Source: Dehalococcoidia bacterium
Lineage (GTDB): Bacteria > Chloroflexota > Dehalococcoidia > Lucifugimonadales > JAGWBF01
DNA length: 64,000 nucleotides
Assembly (NCBI GenBank): GCA_965224415.1
Contig: CBDCZB010000003.1
Coordinates: 380,807 to 444,806 of the forward strand
Reading direction: 5' to 3'
The position numbers and the translations under genes were made by a program. The notes under the pieces are model-generated. The model had not been told where the DNA came from. It did no database searches and was given only the letters and a program-made list of their open reading frames with translations. Positions 39,734 to 51,081 of the stretch are shown piece after piece (the first letter of the stretch is position 1; every line of letters begins with the position of its first letter).

Positions 39734-40958
39734 TAGTACTGAACCAAATCAGGATTGGCAGGGATAGAGGCGATGGAGTTTGCGTCTGGCGTCTTGGGCA
39801 GTGAACCGCCAGTTAATGGTAGCTCCTATCGCGTTCCGCTCTGACACGCAGGCGCTGACGGCTCTTTCCAGGCTGTCCTCATCTCCGTTGCGTCCGCGCA
39901 GGCAGGCCCGGGCCAGCACGCTGAACTCGATCTCCGCCATATTCAGCCAGCTTCCGTGCTTGGGAGTGTGGTGCAACTCCAGCCGCTTGGCGATGCGCCG
40001 GGCCTCGGCCGCCGGGAAAGTCTCGTAAAGCGAGGCCATCCGATGCGTGTTCAGATTGTCGAGAACCAGCCGAATCACCGGGACATCGGGGTAGGCCTCA
40101 TCCACCAGCCACCGCATCTGCTGAGCGAAGTCCTGCATGGTGCGTTGCCGGGTTATCGCCACGTGGCGCCAGCCCCGGCGAGGCTCACAGGTGAGGAACA
40201 GGTTGCGCGTCCCTCCCCGCTGGTATTCGTAGTCCTCACGCCTCGGCCTCCCAGGCTTTGCCGGCAGCGGTTCCCTCACGTCGGCCAGCAACTGGGTGGA
40301 GGTCTCGTCAAAGCAGACCACCGGCCTCTGCGGATCGTAGGGCTCGGCGTAGAGATCCAGCACGTCCTCCATGGCCGCCACGAACTCTCCACCTACCTTG
40401 GGGATGCACCATTGTTTCTTGAGCCACGGCTTGAGCGTGTTTTTTTAGCCGCAGGCGGACCGTCTCGGGAGATAAAGACTCCACCAATCCCAACTCCACC
40501 ACCTTGCCCGCCAGGGCCCGCATGGTCCAGTGGTCATGACCGTCGGGCACCGGGCTGCAGGCCAAGGCTATCAGGTGGGCCTCCACCCTTTCATCCACCT
40601 TTCTGGGCCGGTTGACCTGGTTATGGTGCCTCAGCACCTCGTCCAGTCCTTCCTCGGCATACCGCCGCTTGGTGCGGAACACGGTCCGCTCCGACACGTC
40701 CAGTGCGGTGGCCACCTGGGGGGCGGTCCAGCCCTCATCTATCTTGATCAGGATGCGGGCCCGGGTAATCGCCTGTGCGGAACTCCTCCCAGCCCTGATC
40801 ATCTTCCTGAGCCGTCCCTTTTCCTGTGTTGCCAGCCGGACTCCGTACTTCTCCTGCACCATGACCACCTCACATCCCACAACCCTTCGTCTATCCCCAA
40901 GGTAGCATCCTGTCTGGGCTCACGTACTAACTGACAATGCCAGATTGGCCGAATACTA
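39734..40958 (-). mobile_element. IS630-family element (orfA about 40880, orfB to 39749; A7 slip tract)
   Basis: CTAG/TA flanks; DDE motifs CFDET, LDNL, NMAEIE. Confidence 0.93.
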
Positions 40959-41245
40959 GCGCCAAATCGCTCACTCCAATGTAGCTTCGAACGTGGCAGC
41001 GACTACTCCCTGCGAAGCTGGCCTTGTTTAGTATCGAGGACCTCAATGCGGCCAGAACCGGCCTTTCCCTCCAAGTGATCACAGCAACCGGCTGATGAGT
41101 TCCGAAATGACTTCGATTCCATTGCTGAATGGCCCAGGATGTCCGTTTCTGCCCGAAGTCTCGATTCCCTGTACACCCCTTGACGGCGGTTGGTGCCCAA
41201 TCCGATGGGCCAACCTGGGCCACCGTCCCCGCCGCCGAATCCCCC

Positions 41246-42471
41246 TAGTACTGAACCAAATCAGGATTGGCATGGATAGAGGCGATGGAGTTTGCGTCTG
41301 GCGTCTTGGGCAGTGAACCGCCAGTTAATGGTAGCTCCTATCGCGTTCCGCTCTGACACGCAGGCGCTGACGGCTCTTTCCAGGCTGTCCTCATCTCCGT
41401 TGCGTCCGCGCAGGCAGGCCCGGGCCAGCACGCTGAACTCGATCTCCGCCATATTCAGCCAGCTTCCGTGCTTGGGAGTGTGGTGCAACTCCAGCCGCTT
41501 GGCGATGCGCCGGGCCTCGGCCGCCGGGAAAGTCTCGTAAAGCGAGGCCATCCGATGCGTGTTCAGATTGTCGAGAACCAGCCGAATCACCGGGACATCG
41601 GGGTAGGCCTCATCCACCAGCCACCGCATCTGCTGAGCGAAGTCCTGCATGGTGCGTTGCCGGGTTATCGCCACGTGGCGCCAGCCCCGGCGAGGCTCAC
41701 AGGTGAGGAACAGGTTGCGCGTCCCTCCCCGCTGGTATTCGTAGTCCTCACGCCTCGGCCTCCCAGGCTTTGCCGGCAGCGGTTCCCTCACGTCGGCCAG
41801 CAACTGGGTGGAGGTCTCGTCAAAGCAGACCACCGGCCTCTGCGGATCGTAGGGCTCGGCGTAGAGATCCAGCACGTCCTCCATGGCCGCCACGAACTCT
41901 CCACCTACCTTGGGGATGCACCATTGTTTCTTGAGCCACGGCTTGAGCGTGTTTTTTTTAGCCGCAGGCGGACCGTCTCGGGAGATAAAGACTCCACCAA
42001 TCCCAACTCCACCACCTTGCCCGCCAGGGCCCGCATGGTCCAGTGGTCATGACCGTCGGGCACCGGGCTGCAGGCCAAGGCTATCAGGTGGGCCTCCACC
42101 CTTTCATCCACCTTTCTGGGCCGGTTGACCTGGTTATGGTGCCTCAGCACCTCGTCCAGTCCTTCCTCGGCATACCGCCGCTTGGTGCGGAACACGGTCC
42201 GCTCCGACACGTCCAGTGCGGTGGCCACCTGGGGGGCGGTCCAGCCCTCATCTATCTTGATCAGGATGCGGGCCCGGGTAATCGCCTGTGCGGAACTCCT
42301 CCCAGCCCTGATCATCTTCCTGAGCCGTCCCTTTTCCTGTGTTGCCAGCCGGACTCCGTACTTCTCCTGCACCATGACCACCTCACATCCCACAACCCTT
42401 CGTCTATCCCCAAGGTAGCATCCTGTCTGGGCTCACGTACTAACTGACAATGCCAGATTGGCCGAATACTA
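41246..42471 (-). mobile_element. IS630-family element (A8 slip tract)
   Basis: Near-identical copy; ORFs 41905-42393 and 41261-41893. Confidence 0.93.
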
Positions 42472-43695
42472 GTACTGAACCAAATCAGGATTGGCAGGGA
42501 TAGAGGCGATGGAGTTTGCGTCTGGCGTCTTGGGCAGTGAACCGCCAGTTAATGGTAGCTCCTATCGCGTTCCGCTCTGACACGCAGGCGCTGACGGCTC
42601 TTTCCAGGCTGTCCTCATCTCCGTTGCGTCCGCGCAGGCAGGCCCGGGCCAGCACGCTGAACTCGATCTCCGCCATATTCAGCCAGCTTCCGTGCTTGGG
42701 AGTGTGGTGCAACTCCAGCCGCTTGGCGATGCGCCGGGCCTCGGCCGCCGGGAAAGTCTCGTAAAGCGAGGCCATCCGATGCGTGTTCAGATTGTCGAGA
42801 ACCAGCCGAATCACCGGGACATCGGGGTAGGCCTCATCCACCAGCCACCGCATCTGCTGAGCGAAGTCCTGCATGGTGCGTTGCCGGGTTATCGCCACGT
42901 GGCGCCAGCCCCGGCGAGGCTCACAGGTGAGGAACAGGTTGCGCGTCCCTCCCCGCTGGTATTCGTAGTCCTCACGCCTCGGCCTCCCAGGCTTTGCCGG
43001 CAGCGGTTCCCTCACGTCGGCCAGCAACTGGGTGGAGGTCTCGTCAAAGCAGACCACCGGCCTCTGCGGATCGTAGGGCTCGGCGTAGAGATCCAGCACG
43101 TCCTCCATGGCCGCCACGAACTCTCCACCTACCTTGGGGATGCACCATTGTTTCTTGAGCCACGGCTTGAGCGTGTTTTTTTTAGCCGCAGGCGGACCGT
43201 CTCGGGAGATAAAGACTCCACCAATCCCAACTCCACCACCTTGCCCGCCAGGGCCCGCATGGTCCAGTGGTCATGACCGTCGGGCACCGGGCTGCAGGCC
43301 AAGGCTATCAGGTGGGCCTCCACCCTTTCATCCACCTTTCTGGGCCGGTTGACCTGGTTATGGTGCCTCAGCACCTCGTCCAGTCCTTCCTCGGCATACC
43401 GCCGCTTGGTGCGGAACACGGTCCGCTCCGACACGTCCAGTGCGGTGGCCACCTGGGGGGCGGTCCAGCCCTCATCTATCTTGATCAGGATGCGGGCCCG
43501 GGTAATCGCCTGTGCGGAACTCCTCCCAGCCCTGATCATCTTCCTGAGCCGTCCCTTTTCCTGTGTTGCCAGCCGGACTCCGTACTTCTCCTGCACCATG
43601 ACCACCTCACATCCCACAACCCTTCGTCTATCCCCAAGGTAGCATCCTGTCTGGGCTCACGTACTAACTGACAATGCCAGATTGGCCGAATACTA
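42470..43695 (-). mobile_element. IS630-family element, head-to-tail with the previous copy
   Basis: Junction GAATACTAGTACTGAAC shares one TA; ORFs 43129-43617 and 42485-43117. Confidence 0.93.
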
Positions 43696-43701
43696 GGGCC
43701 G

Positions 43702-45342
43702 TGTTGTTGTTCTACGATTATGTCAGTAGCTAACTGGTCAGCGAAAATGTCATCCCATGGAAGGAGTGACATTGACGCAGAAGGAGCAGACGAGACTTCA
43801 GGTGCTCAACAGCGTTCTGGCAGATCAGGTGGCGGTATGTCAGGCGGCCGAGGTCCTGGAAGTGAGCGAACGTCACATGAGGCGTATTCTGGCGGCCTAT
43901 AGGCTATAGGAAGGAGGGTGCCGCCGCACTCGCCCACGGGAATCGTGGCCGCCGACCGGCCAACACCACGACGGAGACCAAGATGACTTACGTGGTGCAG
44001 CTGGCCCGCACTCGCTACGCTGGAACGAACCATACGCATCTGACCGAGTTGTTGATGGAACGGGAGGGCATCGACCTGAGCCGCTCTACGGTACGCCGCA
44101 TCCTGGTCAGCGCCGGTATGGACAGCCCCCGCCGCCGTCGGCCGCCCAGACACCGTGTCCGGCGCAAACGCATGGCCCAAGAAGGGATGCTGGTGCAGAT
44201 AGATGGGAGCCACCATCCGTGGCTGGGGGAGCAAGGACCCCGGTTCGCCCTGCTGTTGGCCGTGGACGACGCCACCGGCACGGTGCCTGACGCTCGGTTC
44301 AGTCAGGAGGAGGACACCCGCGGCTACTTTCTTCTCATGGAGGGGTTGATCCGGCGATGCGGAATGCCGCTGGCCGTCTACAGCGACCGCCGCCCGGTCT
44401 TCAAATTCACCGGCGATATCGACCGTTACCCGGCAGGCCCGACTCAGTTCGCCCGGGCGATGGAGGAGCTTGGGATCCGGCAGATCTTCGCCAGATCACC
44501 CCAGGCAAAGGGCAGGGTGGAGCGTGCTGCCGCCACCTTCCAGGACTGCGATGATGAATCCCGGGGCGCCTGGCTGGAGCCGCCACCATCCCTGAGGCAA
44601 ACGAGGTCCTGAATAGCTTCCTGCCACGATTCAATAAGAGAAGTGTGGGGTTCCGGCAGAGGACTCAAGCGTTGCTTACCGCCCTATGGAGTCATCGGTG
44701 TCCCTGGATCAGATACTCTGCTTCAAGCGCCGCGGCAAGGTGGCCAGGGACAACACCGTCAAGCACAACTGGCGTACCTTGCAGCTGCTGCCTGGTAAGG
44801 AGCGGCCTAGCTACGCCGGAGCGCAGCTGGAGGTCCATGAGCGTCTGGACGGTCAGCTCCTTGTGCAGTACCAGGGACGCACGATCCCTACACAGGAGGC
44901 GCCGCCGCGCCCTGGAATTCTCCGTGCCTCCAATGGTCCTCTCCGATATGGCCCCGGCCTTGACCGTAGAGTCAACAGGGTGGGCAACCACCCCAAGGAG
45001 AGCCTGGCATCCCTCGGCGTCATTGAGGCCGACAGTGCCACATTGAACGGCGACGGCAAAGTTCGCAAGCCTCCGGCATCGCCACGCAGGAAACCCACGC
45101 CGCGACAGAGGGTTCGGTGGAAGGCCGTGCAGCAGGCTAAGCTTCGGGGCCTCTCCATTCGGGCAATCGCCAGGGAGTTGGGCATCCACAGGAACATGGT
45201 CCGCAAGTACGCCAAAGCCAAGAGCCCGCCTATGATGCGCACCAAGGTCAGGTCCCGCGTATCACAGTCCGATGGTATGACAGTGGCCTAGATGGACATT
45301 TTCCCTGACCACTCAGGCGGACATAATCGCTGGACATCGACA
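43702..45342 (+). mobile_element. ISNCY/IS481-like element with pseudogenised transposase
   Basis: Imperfect IRs (CGATTATGTC../..GACATAATCG); QIDGSHH, VYSDR, SPQAKGRVER; frameshifts including the CTATAGG duplication near 43900. Confidence 0.82.
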
Positions 45343-45406
45343 ATCCATAGGCTCAACTTCCAACCTATGGATGGCCGCGGCCGGTCCAGTTTGCGACCGC
45401 CGAATG

Positions 45407-45990
45407 TCAGCGACTACCCGCCCGCACGGTCCACTTTACCGCCGCCTTTGACACCTGCCCAGCCCGATACGCCACTTGGCGGAACAAAGCCTTTGCCGTT
45501 GGGTCTCCGCACGTCACTTTCAGGGATAGACTCTCACGCTTGGCCAAGGACAACGGGGGATATTGCCAAATTCCATTTAGGTCGGTATCATTCAATCGGA
45601 TTTTCCGTATCTAAAACCCGTCTTTGAGTGTATGAAAACCCGTCATTGACCGTAGGATTCTCGGTGGTTTCGGAGTCCATGTCATCGTCGGTTTCCGTAT
45701 CTGAAACCCGACTTTGACTTTCAAGGTCCAGGTCAAATCTGAGGGCGTATTAGTTGGGGCCGTGATGCCGGGGCATAGCCTCAATCAGCCCTTCATCCCG
45801 AAACCGCTTCAACGCTTTAACGACGGTATCCCGCGTTACCCCAACTTCCTTGGCGAGCGATTCCTGTTTGCTGTCCTTGCCCCATAACCTGCCCGTTCCC
45901 GCTCGGAAAGCCAGATAGCGCAACACTGCCTTTTGTGTGGACTTATGCCGTAGGACCTTAGGATGCGTTCTGCGCCCACTGTCTACGTTC
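45407..45990 (-). pseudogene. HTH replication-initiator-like gene with internal iteron-like repeats, interrupted by stops
   Basis: QESLAKEVGVTRDTVVKALKRFRDEGLI winged HTH; (TTTCC)GTAT..AAACCCG..TTGA repeats at 45601-45720. Confidence 0.55.
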
Positions 45991-46012
45991 ATTCCTGGGC
46001 CGCACGGGGCCG

Positions 46013-46207
46013 TCACTCTGAGGCCCCGGAGCGAGCATCGCGTAAATCAATGTAGGCCAGAATGTCCGCAACCCTGAAACGGACGGCTTGCGGCCCTACC
46101 TGTATGGCCTTGGGGAATTCAGGGTCACGACGCCAACGGGATAAGGTGCTCCTGGTGATGCCCAAAAGTTCGGCTGTTTCAGCCGGAGTAACAAGGACTT
46201 TCTCCAT
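46013..46207 (-). CDS. AlpA-like excisionase
   Basis: TPAETAELLGITRSTLSRWRRDPEFPKAIQVG..VRF. Confidence 0.85.
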   Translation of the reverse strand: MEKVLVTPAETAELLGITRSTLSRWRRDPEFPKAIQVGPQAVRFRVADILAYIDLRDARSGASE

Positions 46208-46342
46208 CGCACACACTCCCGCCACAGGTTAGTCGATAGGTCCCAGCTGGCGCGGGTGGTCGGGCCCTCTGGCTCGGATGGGTATGTCCTCCCCAACTAC
46301 CATATCAGCCGTTTCTGTCCCATGTCAACCCAACATATGTCA

Positions 46343-47509
46343 CTATGTGTTCAGGTAGTCGCTCCAAGCTTGCATCAGGCCCACACGGGCGTCAAACAAG
46401 CTAGAGCGGAAGTAGGCGGCTTCAACCTGATTCTTGACGGCGTGGGCAAGGGCAGCTTCCGCCGTCTCGCGGCTGGCCCCCGATTCAGCCGCCCAATCCC
46501 TGAAACTCGATCGGAACCCGTGGGGTACGCAGTCTATCGAATTCTCCCTGAGAAGCTTTGACAAGGTATTGTCCGACAACTCACGGCCCCTAGAGGCTGG
46601 GAACACAAGGCCCCTATCGTCTGACAGGTCCTTGGCCTGTGCCAGCACGTTCAAGGCCCCGCTCGATAGGGGTACGCGATGCTCGACACCGGATTTCATG
46701 CGGTCGGCTGGCACAGTCCAGGTTGACGATTCCAGGTCAATCTCTGACCACCTAGCCCCGCGCACTTCCCCTGACCGGCTGGCGGTCAAGGCTATGAATT
46801 CCAGGGCATACACAGACGCCCGATACGCTCCGGTTGACCGGATCCGCTCCAAGGCCGCGGCAACCTCAGAGTAGGGCAAGGCCCGTTGATGTTCCCGCTT
46901 GTGTCCGTTCTTGGGGAGGGCGGCCCCAAGGGCGTCGCCAGCCGGATTGTCTTGACGATGGCCTTGGGCAACCGCCCACTTCATAACGGCGCCTATCCGT
47001 TGCCGGACTCTACGGGCAGTCTCCCGCTTATCGTTCCATATCGGAGTAAGGACCGCCAGCACGTCCGCCGTTGTGATCCGGTCAACCCGCTTGCCGCCCA
47101 GCTTCCCAAGGGCGTAATCTCTCATGCTGGCCCGCCATTGGGCCTCAGACTTCCCCGAATCCCGCCAGCTGGCAGCGTGAATCGCCAAGACGGATTCCAG
47201 GGCCTCAGAGAACGTCGGGGCCTTGGCTTCTCTGTGATTTATGTCTTGGCCTTGGGAGACGGCCCTACGATTCGCCAGGGCAGCCGCCCTAGCTTCGTCC
47301 AGGGTTACGATGGGGTAGGCCCCTAAGCCGATGTTGACAGGTCCTTGGCCTGAAACGATAATCCGTTGTGACCATGTTTTTGACCATCCCCCGCCAGCCC
47401 GTTCCTTCACCAACAAGGACAGCCCGAATCCCCCACGCCCATCGCCATACCGTCCAGGATGGGCAACCCGCTCGGCAAAAGACTTGGAAAGCTTGCTCGG
47501 ACGGTCCAT
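46343..47509 (-). CDS. P4-like tyrosine integrase 2
   Basis: GRYGDG, RSGE, HGFRSSFRDW, LAH, AYFR; catalytic residues intact. Confidence 0.95.
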   Translation of the reverse strand: MDRPSKLSKSFAERVAHPGRYGDGRGGFGLSLLVKERAGGGWSKTWSQRIIVSGQGPVNIGLGAYPIVTLDEARAAALANRRAVSQGQDINHREAKAPTFSEALESVLAIHAASWRDSGKSEAQWRASMRDYALGKLGGKRVDRITTADVLAVLTPIWNDKRETARRVRQRIGAVMKWAVAQGHRQDNPAGDALGAALPKNGHKREHQRALPYSEVAAALERIRSTGAYRASVYALEFIALTASRSGEVRGARWSEIDLESSTWTVPADRMKSGVEHRVPLSSGALNVLAQAKDLSDDRGLVFPASRGRELSDNTLSKLLRENSIDCVPHGFRSSFRDWAAESGASRETAEAALAHAVKNQVEAAYFRSSLFDARVGLMQAWSDYLNT

Positions 47510-47680
47510 CGGTTATCACTTCCGGTATTACTTACTTGCATAATACACCATGTAACAGGGTGTTACAAGATGGTTCACAGGACACTTCCAGGCTGTAGTT
47601 GGCTAGCTAGGAAAGATTGCATGGTAAAGACACTTCTCAAAGGGAGATAGTACGGGCTGATTGCGGTGATTCCTCCGCCA
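47508..47680 (+). other. Putative attR: arm repeats 47508-47532 and tRNA-Ser 3' core (ATT)CCTCCGCCA 47669-47680
   Basis: Arm 23/25 identical to 13761-13785; 9-bp exact match to 13711-13719. Confidence 0.6.
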
Positions 47681-47689
47681 CCATACGAT
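47661..47689 (+). promoter_or_regulatory. Candidate sigma70 promoter for miaB
   Basis: TTGCGG-N17-TACGAT; spacer contains the att core. Confidence 0.4.
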
Positions 47690-47707
47690 TCATTAGCTCG
47701 TCGCATT

Positions 47708-48982
47708 ATGAACAGCTATTATATTTGGACGATCGGCTGCCAGATGAACGTGGCGGATTCGGAGCGCCTCAGCAGCGCTCTGGAGCAGTTGGGGTTGGTG
47801 GAAACTGACAGGCCCGGCGACGCTGACGTGTTGGTACTGAACTCCTGCGTGGTGCGCCAGAGCGCCGAGGACAAGGTCATCAGCCACCTGGGGTTCGTCA
47901 AGCAGGCGAAAGTGAAACGCCCCGATAGTGTCCTGGCCCTCATGGGGTGCATGGTGGGATCAGACGCTTCACCTCTTCGAAAGCGTTTCCCCTACGTAGA
48001 CGCTTTCCTGAAACCCCAGGAATACGGCCCGCTGCTTGACATCGTGGGTCAAAGAATGGGGTTGGACTGGGAAGGCTGCGTTGGGACTCTGACGCCTCCC
48101 CGACCGTCGGTCAGCGCTCATGTGCCCATCATCCACGGGTGCGACCTGATGTGTACATTCTGCATCATCCCCTACCGAAGGGGAAGGCAGACTAGCCGTA
48201 CCGTGGATGACGTTGTTCACGAGGTCGAGCTTCTGGCGAGCCGGGGTGTTAAAGAGGTCACCCTTCTGGGCCAGACGGTGGATGCCTACGGGCACGACCT
48301 GGACGAGGATGTGGATCTGGCCGACCTGCTCCGGGCCGTCGACGACGTCGATGGGCTGCAGCGGATCCGTTTCCTAACCTCCCATCCGATGTTCATGAGC
48401 GACCGGATTCTCGACGCAGTTGCCGGCCTAAAGAAGGTCTGCGAGCACATCAATCTTCCCGTGCAATCGGCCGATGACGAGGTGTTGGCCAACATGCGCC
48501 GACGCTACACCCTGGACGAATACAGACGACTGGTCGACCGTATTCGCCAAAGGATGCCGCACGTCGCGCTGTCCACCGATGTGATAGTCGGGTTTCCGGG
48601 AGAGACCAGGGAACAGTACGAAAGGACCCTCGACTTGCTTGAGGAGGTGGAGTTCGAGAAGGTGCACTCCGCCGCCTATTCTCCCAGGCCAGGAACGATA
48701 GCCTGGCGCAAGATGTCCGACGACGTGCCTGCTGAGGAAAAGCAGTTCCGCCTCAAAAACCTGACGGAGTTGCAGGAACGCATCGCTTCACGCCGAAACT
48801 CCCGCCTCCAGGGGGAAACCGTGGAGGTCCTTGCAGAGATCCGGAAGAAGGGAAAGTTGCAGGGGAGGACGCGAAGCGATAAGCTGGTGTTTTGGGAAGG
48901 GGACGACTCGCAGATTGGCGAGTTGGTCAACGTCGAAGTGGCCAAGACCAGCCCTTGGTCTCTCCAGGGGAACGCGGTTTAA
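47708..48982 (+). CDS. miaB: tRNA-2-methylthio-N6-dimethylallyladenosine synthase
   Basis: TIGCQMN..DSE, NSCVVR, CDLMCTFC radical SAM, TRAM domain. Confidence 0.95.
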   Translation: MNSYYIWTIGCQMNVADSERLSSALEQLGLVETDRPGDADVLVLNSCVVRQSAEDKVISHLGFVKQAKVKRPDSVLALMGCMVGSDASPLRKRFPYVDAFLKPQEYGPLLDIVGQRMGLDWEGCVGTLTPPRPSVSAHVPIIHGCDLMCTFCIIPYRRGRQTSRTVDDVVHEVELLASRGVKEVTLLGQTVDAYGHDLDEDVDLADLLRAVDDVDGLQRIRFLTSHPMFMSDRILDAVAGLKKVCEHINLPVQSADDEVLANMRRRYTLDEYRRLVDRIRQRMPHVALSTDVIVGFPGETREQYERTLDLLEEVEFEKVHSAAYSPRPGTIAWRKMSDDVPAEEKQFRLKNLTELQERIASRRNSRLQGETVEVLAEIRKKGKLQGRTRSDKLVFWEGDDSQIGELVNVEVAKTSPWSLQGNAV

Positions 48983-49002
48983 CGCTGAAAGCAGGTGAAC
49001 GC

Positions 49003-50211
49003 GTGACAACCAAGGCCAAGCAGCCGGTGATTCCCATTACTGAGATAGAGCACTCCGCCTTCTGCCGCACGGAAGACGAGCTTCCCGCCAAGTCCCTGGC
49101 TGAAGAAATCAAGGTCAACATCCGTTGGCAGAAGATTCCCACCGAGTACCTCCACCTCTCGCCCGAAGAGTTGGACGAGCGAATCAGAGCAGTCCGGGCC
49201 CAGCTCGGCGAGCGGGTGACCATACTGGGCCACCACTACCAGCGGGAAGAGGTCATCAAGTACGCCGATTTCCAGGGAGACTCCTTCAAGCTCTCCCAGA
49301 ACGCCGCCTCCAAGTCCGAGGCCGACTACATAATCTTCTGCGGTGTCCACTTCATGGCCGAGACCGCCAGCGTCCTCTCCGCAGACCATCAGAAGGTTAT
49401 CCTGCCCAACATCACCGCCGGATGTTCTATGGCCGACATGGCTCCCCTGGACGACGTGCTGGACGCCTGGGACGACCTTCAGGACGTGGTGGGAGACCAG
49501 GGCGGCATACTTCCCGTTGCCTACATGAACACCATCGCTGGCCTCAAGGCGCTGTGCGGCCGCCACGACGGGATCATTTGCACCTCCTCTAACGCCGCTG
49601 CAGCCCTGGAATGGGCCTACGAACGCTCGGGCAGGGTATTCTTCCTGCCCGACCAGCACCTGGGACGCAACACCGGGATAAAGCTGGGCATAGACCCCAA
49701 CGAAATGGTCGTCTGGAACCCATACAAACCCCTGGGAGGCAACACGAAAGAGCAGCTCCAAAATGCCAAGATGGTGCTGTGGCAGGGCCACTGCTCCGTA
49801 CATACTCGTTTCACGGTCAAGCAGATAGAGGGCGCACGGGCGCGCTTCCCCGACGTAAACGTCATAGTCCACCCCGAATGCATAATGGAGGTGGTCCAGG
49901 CCGCCGACATGGACGGCTCAACCGAGGTGATTCGCAAGACTATAAACGAAGCTCCAGCGGGCTCCGTGTGGGGAGTCGGTACTGAGATAAGTCTCGTGAA
50001 CAGGTTGGCCAAGCAGAACCCGGACAAGACCATATTCTGCCTGGACCCGGTGGTGTGTCCCTGCTCCACGATGTACCGGATACACCCCGCCTATGTCTAC
50101 TGGGTGTTGGAAGGTCTTCTCCACGGCGTGGTCGTCAACGAGGTGTCTGTGGACGAAGAGACCCGACGCTTGTCCCGCATAGCACTGGAGCGCATGTTGG
50201 CAGTGGTGTAA
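49003..50211 (+). CDS. nadA: Quinolinate synthase
   Basis: GHHYQ, CGVHFMAE, GCSMADMA, CTSSNA, HPEC, CSTM. Confidence 0.96.
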   Translation: MTTKAKQPVIPITEIEHSAFCRTEDELPAKSLAEEIKVNIRWQKIPTEYLHLSPEELDERIRAVRAQLGERVTILGHHYQREEVIKYADFQGDSFKLSQNAASKSEADYIIFCGVHFMAETASVLSADHQKVILPNITAGCSMADMAPLDDVLDAWDDLQDVVGDQGGILPVAYMNTIAGLKALCGRHDGIICTSSNAAAALEWAYERSGRVFFLPDQHLGRNTGIKLGIDPNEMVVWNPYKPLGGNTKEQLQNAKMVLWQGHCSVHTRFTVKQIEGARARFPDVNVIVHPECIMEVVQAADMDGSTEVIRKTINEAPAGSVWGVGTEISLVNRLAKQNPDKTIFCLDPVVCPCSTMYRIHPAYVYWVLEGLLHGVVVNEVSVDEETRRLSRIALERMLAVV

Positions 50212-50226
50212 GGGCCAGCGGGTTCT

Positions 50227-51081
50227 ATGATTCACCTGCTTCCCGAGGTGCAGCAGCTAATTGAGATGGCCCTTGCCGAGGACCAGGTGGCCAACGACCC
50301 CACTACGGACTCCCTGGTCCCCCATGACCTTCAAGCCAGGGGCGTCATCCGCGCCAAGGCCGAGGGCGTCCTGGCCGGTGTCGACGTGGCCCTCTCCGTA
50401 TTCAAGCGCGTCGACCAACAGCTTGACACCACTGCATGGCTGGCGGACGGGTCTTCCGTCTCATCCGGCAACAACCTGGCCTTCGTGGACGGCCAGGCGG
50501 CGTCGATTCTCAAAGCCGAGCGGACGGCCATCAATTTCCTCCAGCGAATGAGCGGCATAGCGACGGAAGCCGCCCGCTACGTCAAGTTGGCGGAAGGGAC
50601 CCGAGCCCGCATCGTGGACACTCGCAAGACGGTCCCCGGATTCAGGCTGCTGGATAAATACTCAGTGCGCATGGGAGGGGCGGGCAACCACCGGATGAAC
50701 CTGGCCGACGGCATTCTGGTCAAAGACAACCACCTTGAAGCCATGCGCCATCAAGGTTTTGGAATCGACGGCATAGTCCGCAAGGCCCTGGATCAAGCCC
50801 CTCACAACCTCAAGGTTGAAATCGAAGTGGAGGACCTGACCGAGCTACAACAGGCTCTGGATGCCGGCGCCCACATCATATTGCTGGACAACATGCCGCC
50901 GGAGGAGATGAGGCAGGCCGTGGGCATAGTGGCGGGGCGGGCCGTGTTGGAAGCGTCGGGCGGCGTCAACCTCGATACCGTACGGGCCGTAGCGGAAACG
51001 GGAGTGGACCTAATTTCCGTAGGCAGCCTGACTCACTCGGTCAAAGCCTTGGACATCAGCTTGGACCTGGAATTCGCCTAG
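50227..51081 (+). CDS. nadC: Nicotinate-nucleotide diphosphorylase (carboxylating)
   Basis: DTRKT, KDNH, EIEV, LLDN, EASGG, ISVGSLTHS. Confidence 0.97.
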   Translation: MIHLLPEVQQLIEMALAEDQVANDPTTDSLVPHDLQARGVIRAKAEGVLAGVDVALSVFKRVDQQLDTTAWLADGSSVSSGNNLAFVDGQAASILKAERTAINFLQRMSGIATEAARYVKLAEGTRARIVDTRKTVPGFRLLDKYSVRMGGAGNHRMNLADGILVKDNHLEAMRHQGFGIDGIVRKALDQAPHNLKVEIEVEDLTELQQALDAGAHIILLDNMPPEEMRQAVGIVAGRAVLEASGGVNLDTVRAVAETGVDLISVGSLTHSVKALDISLDLEFA

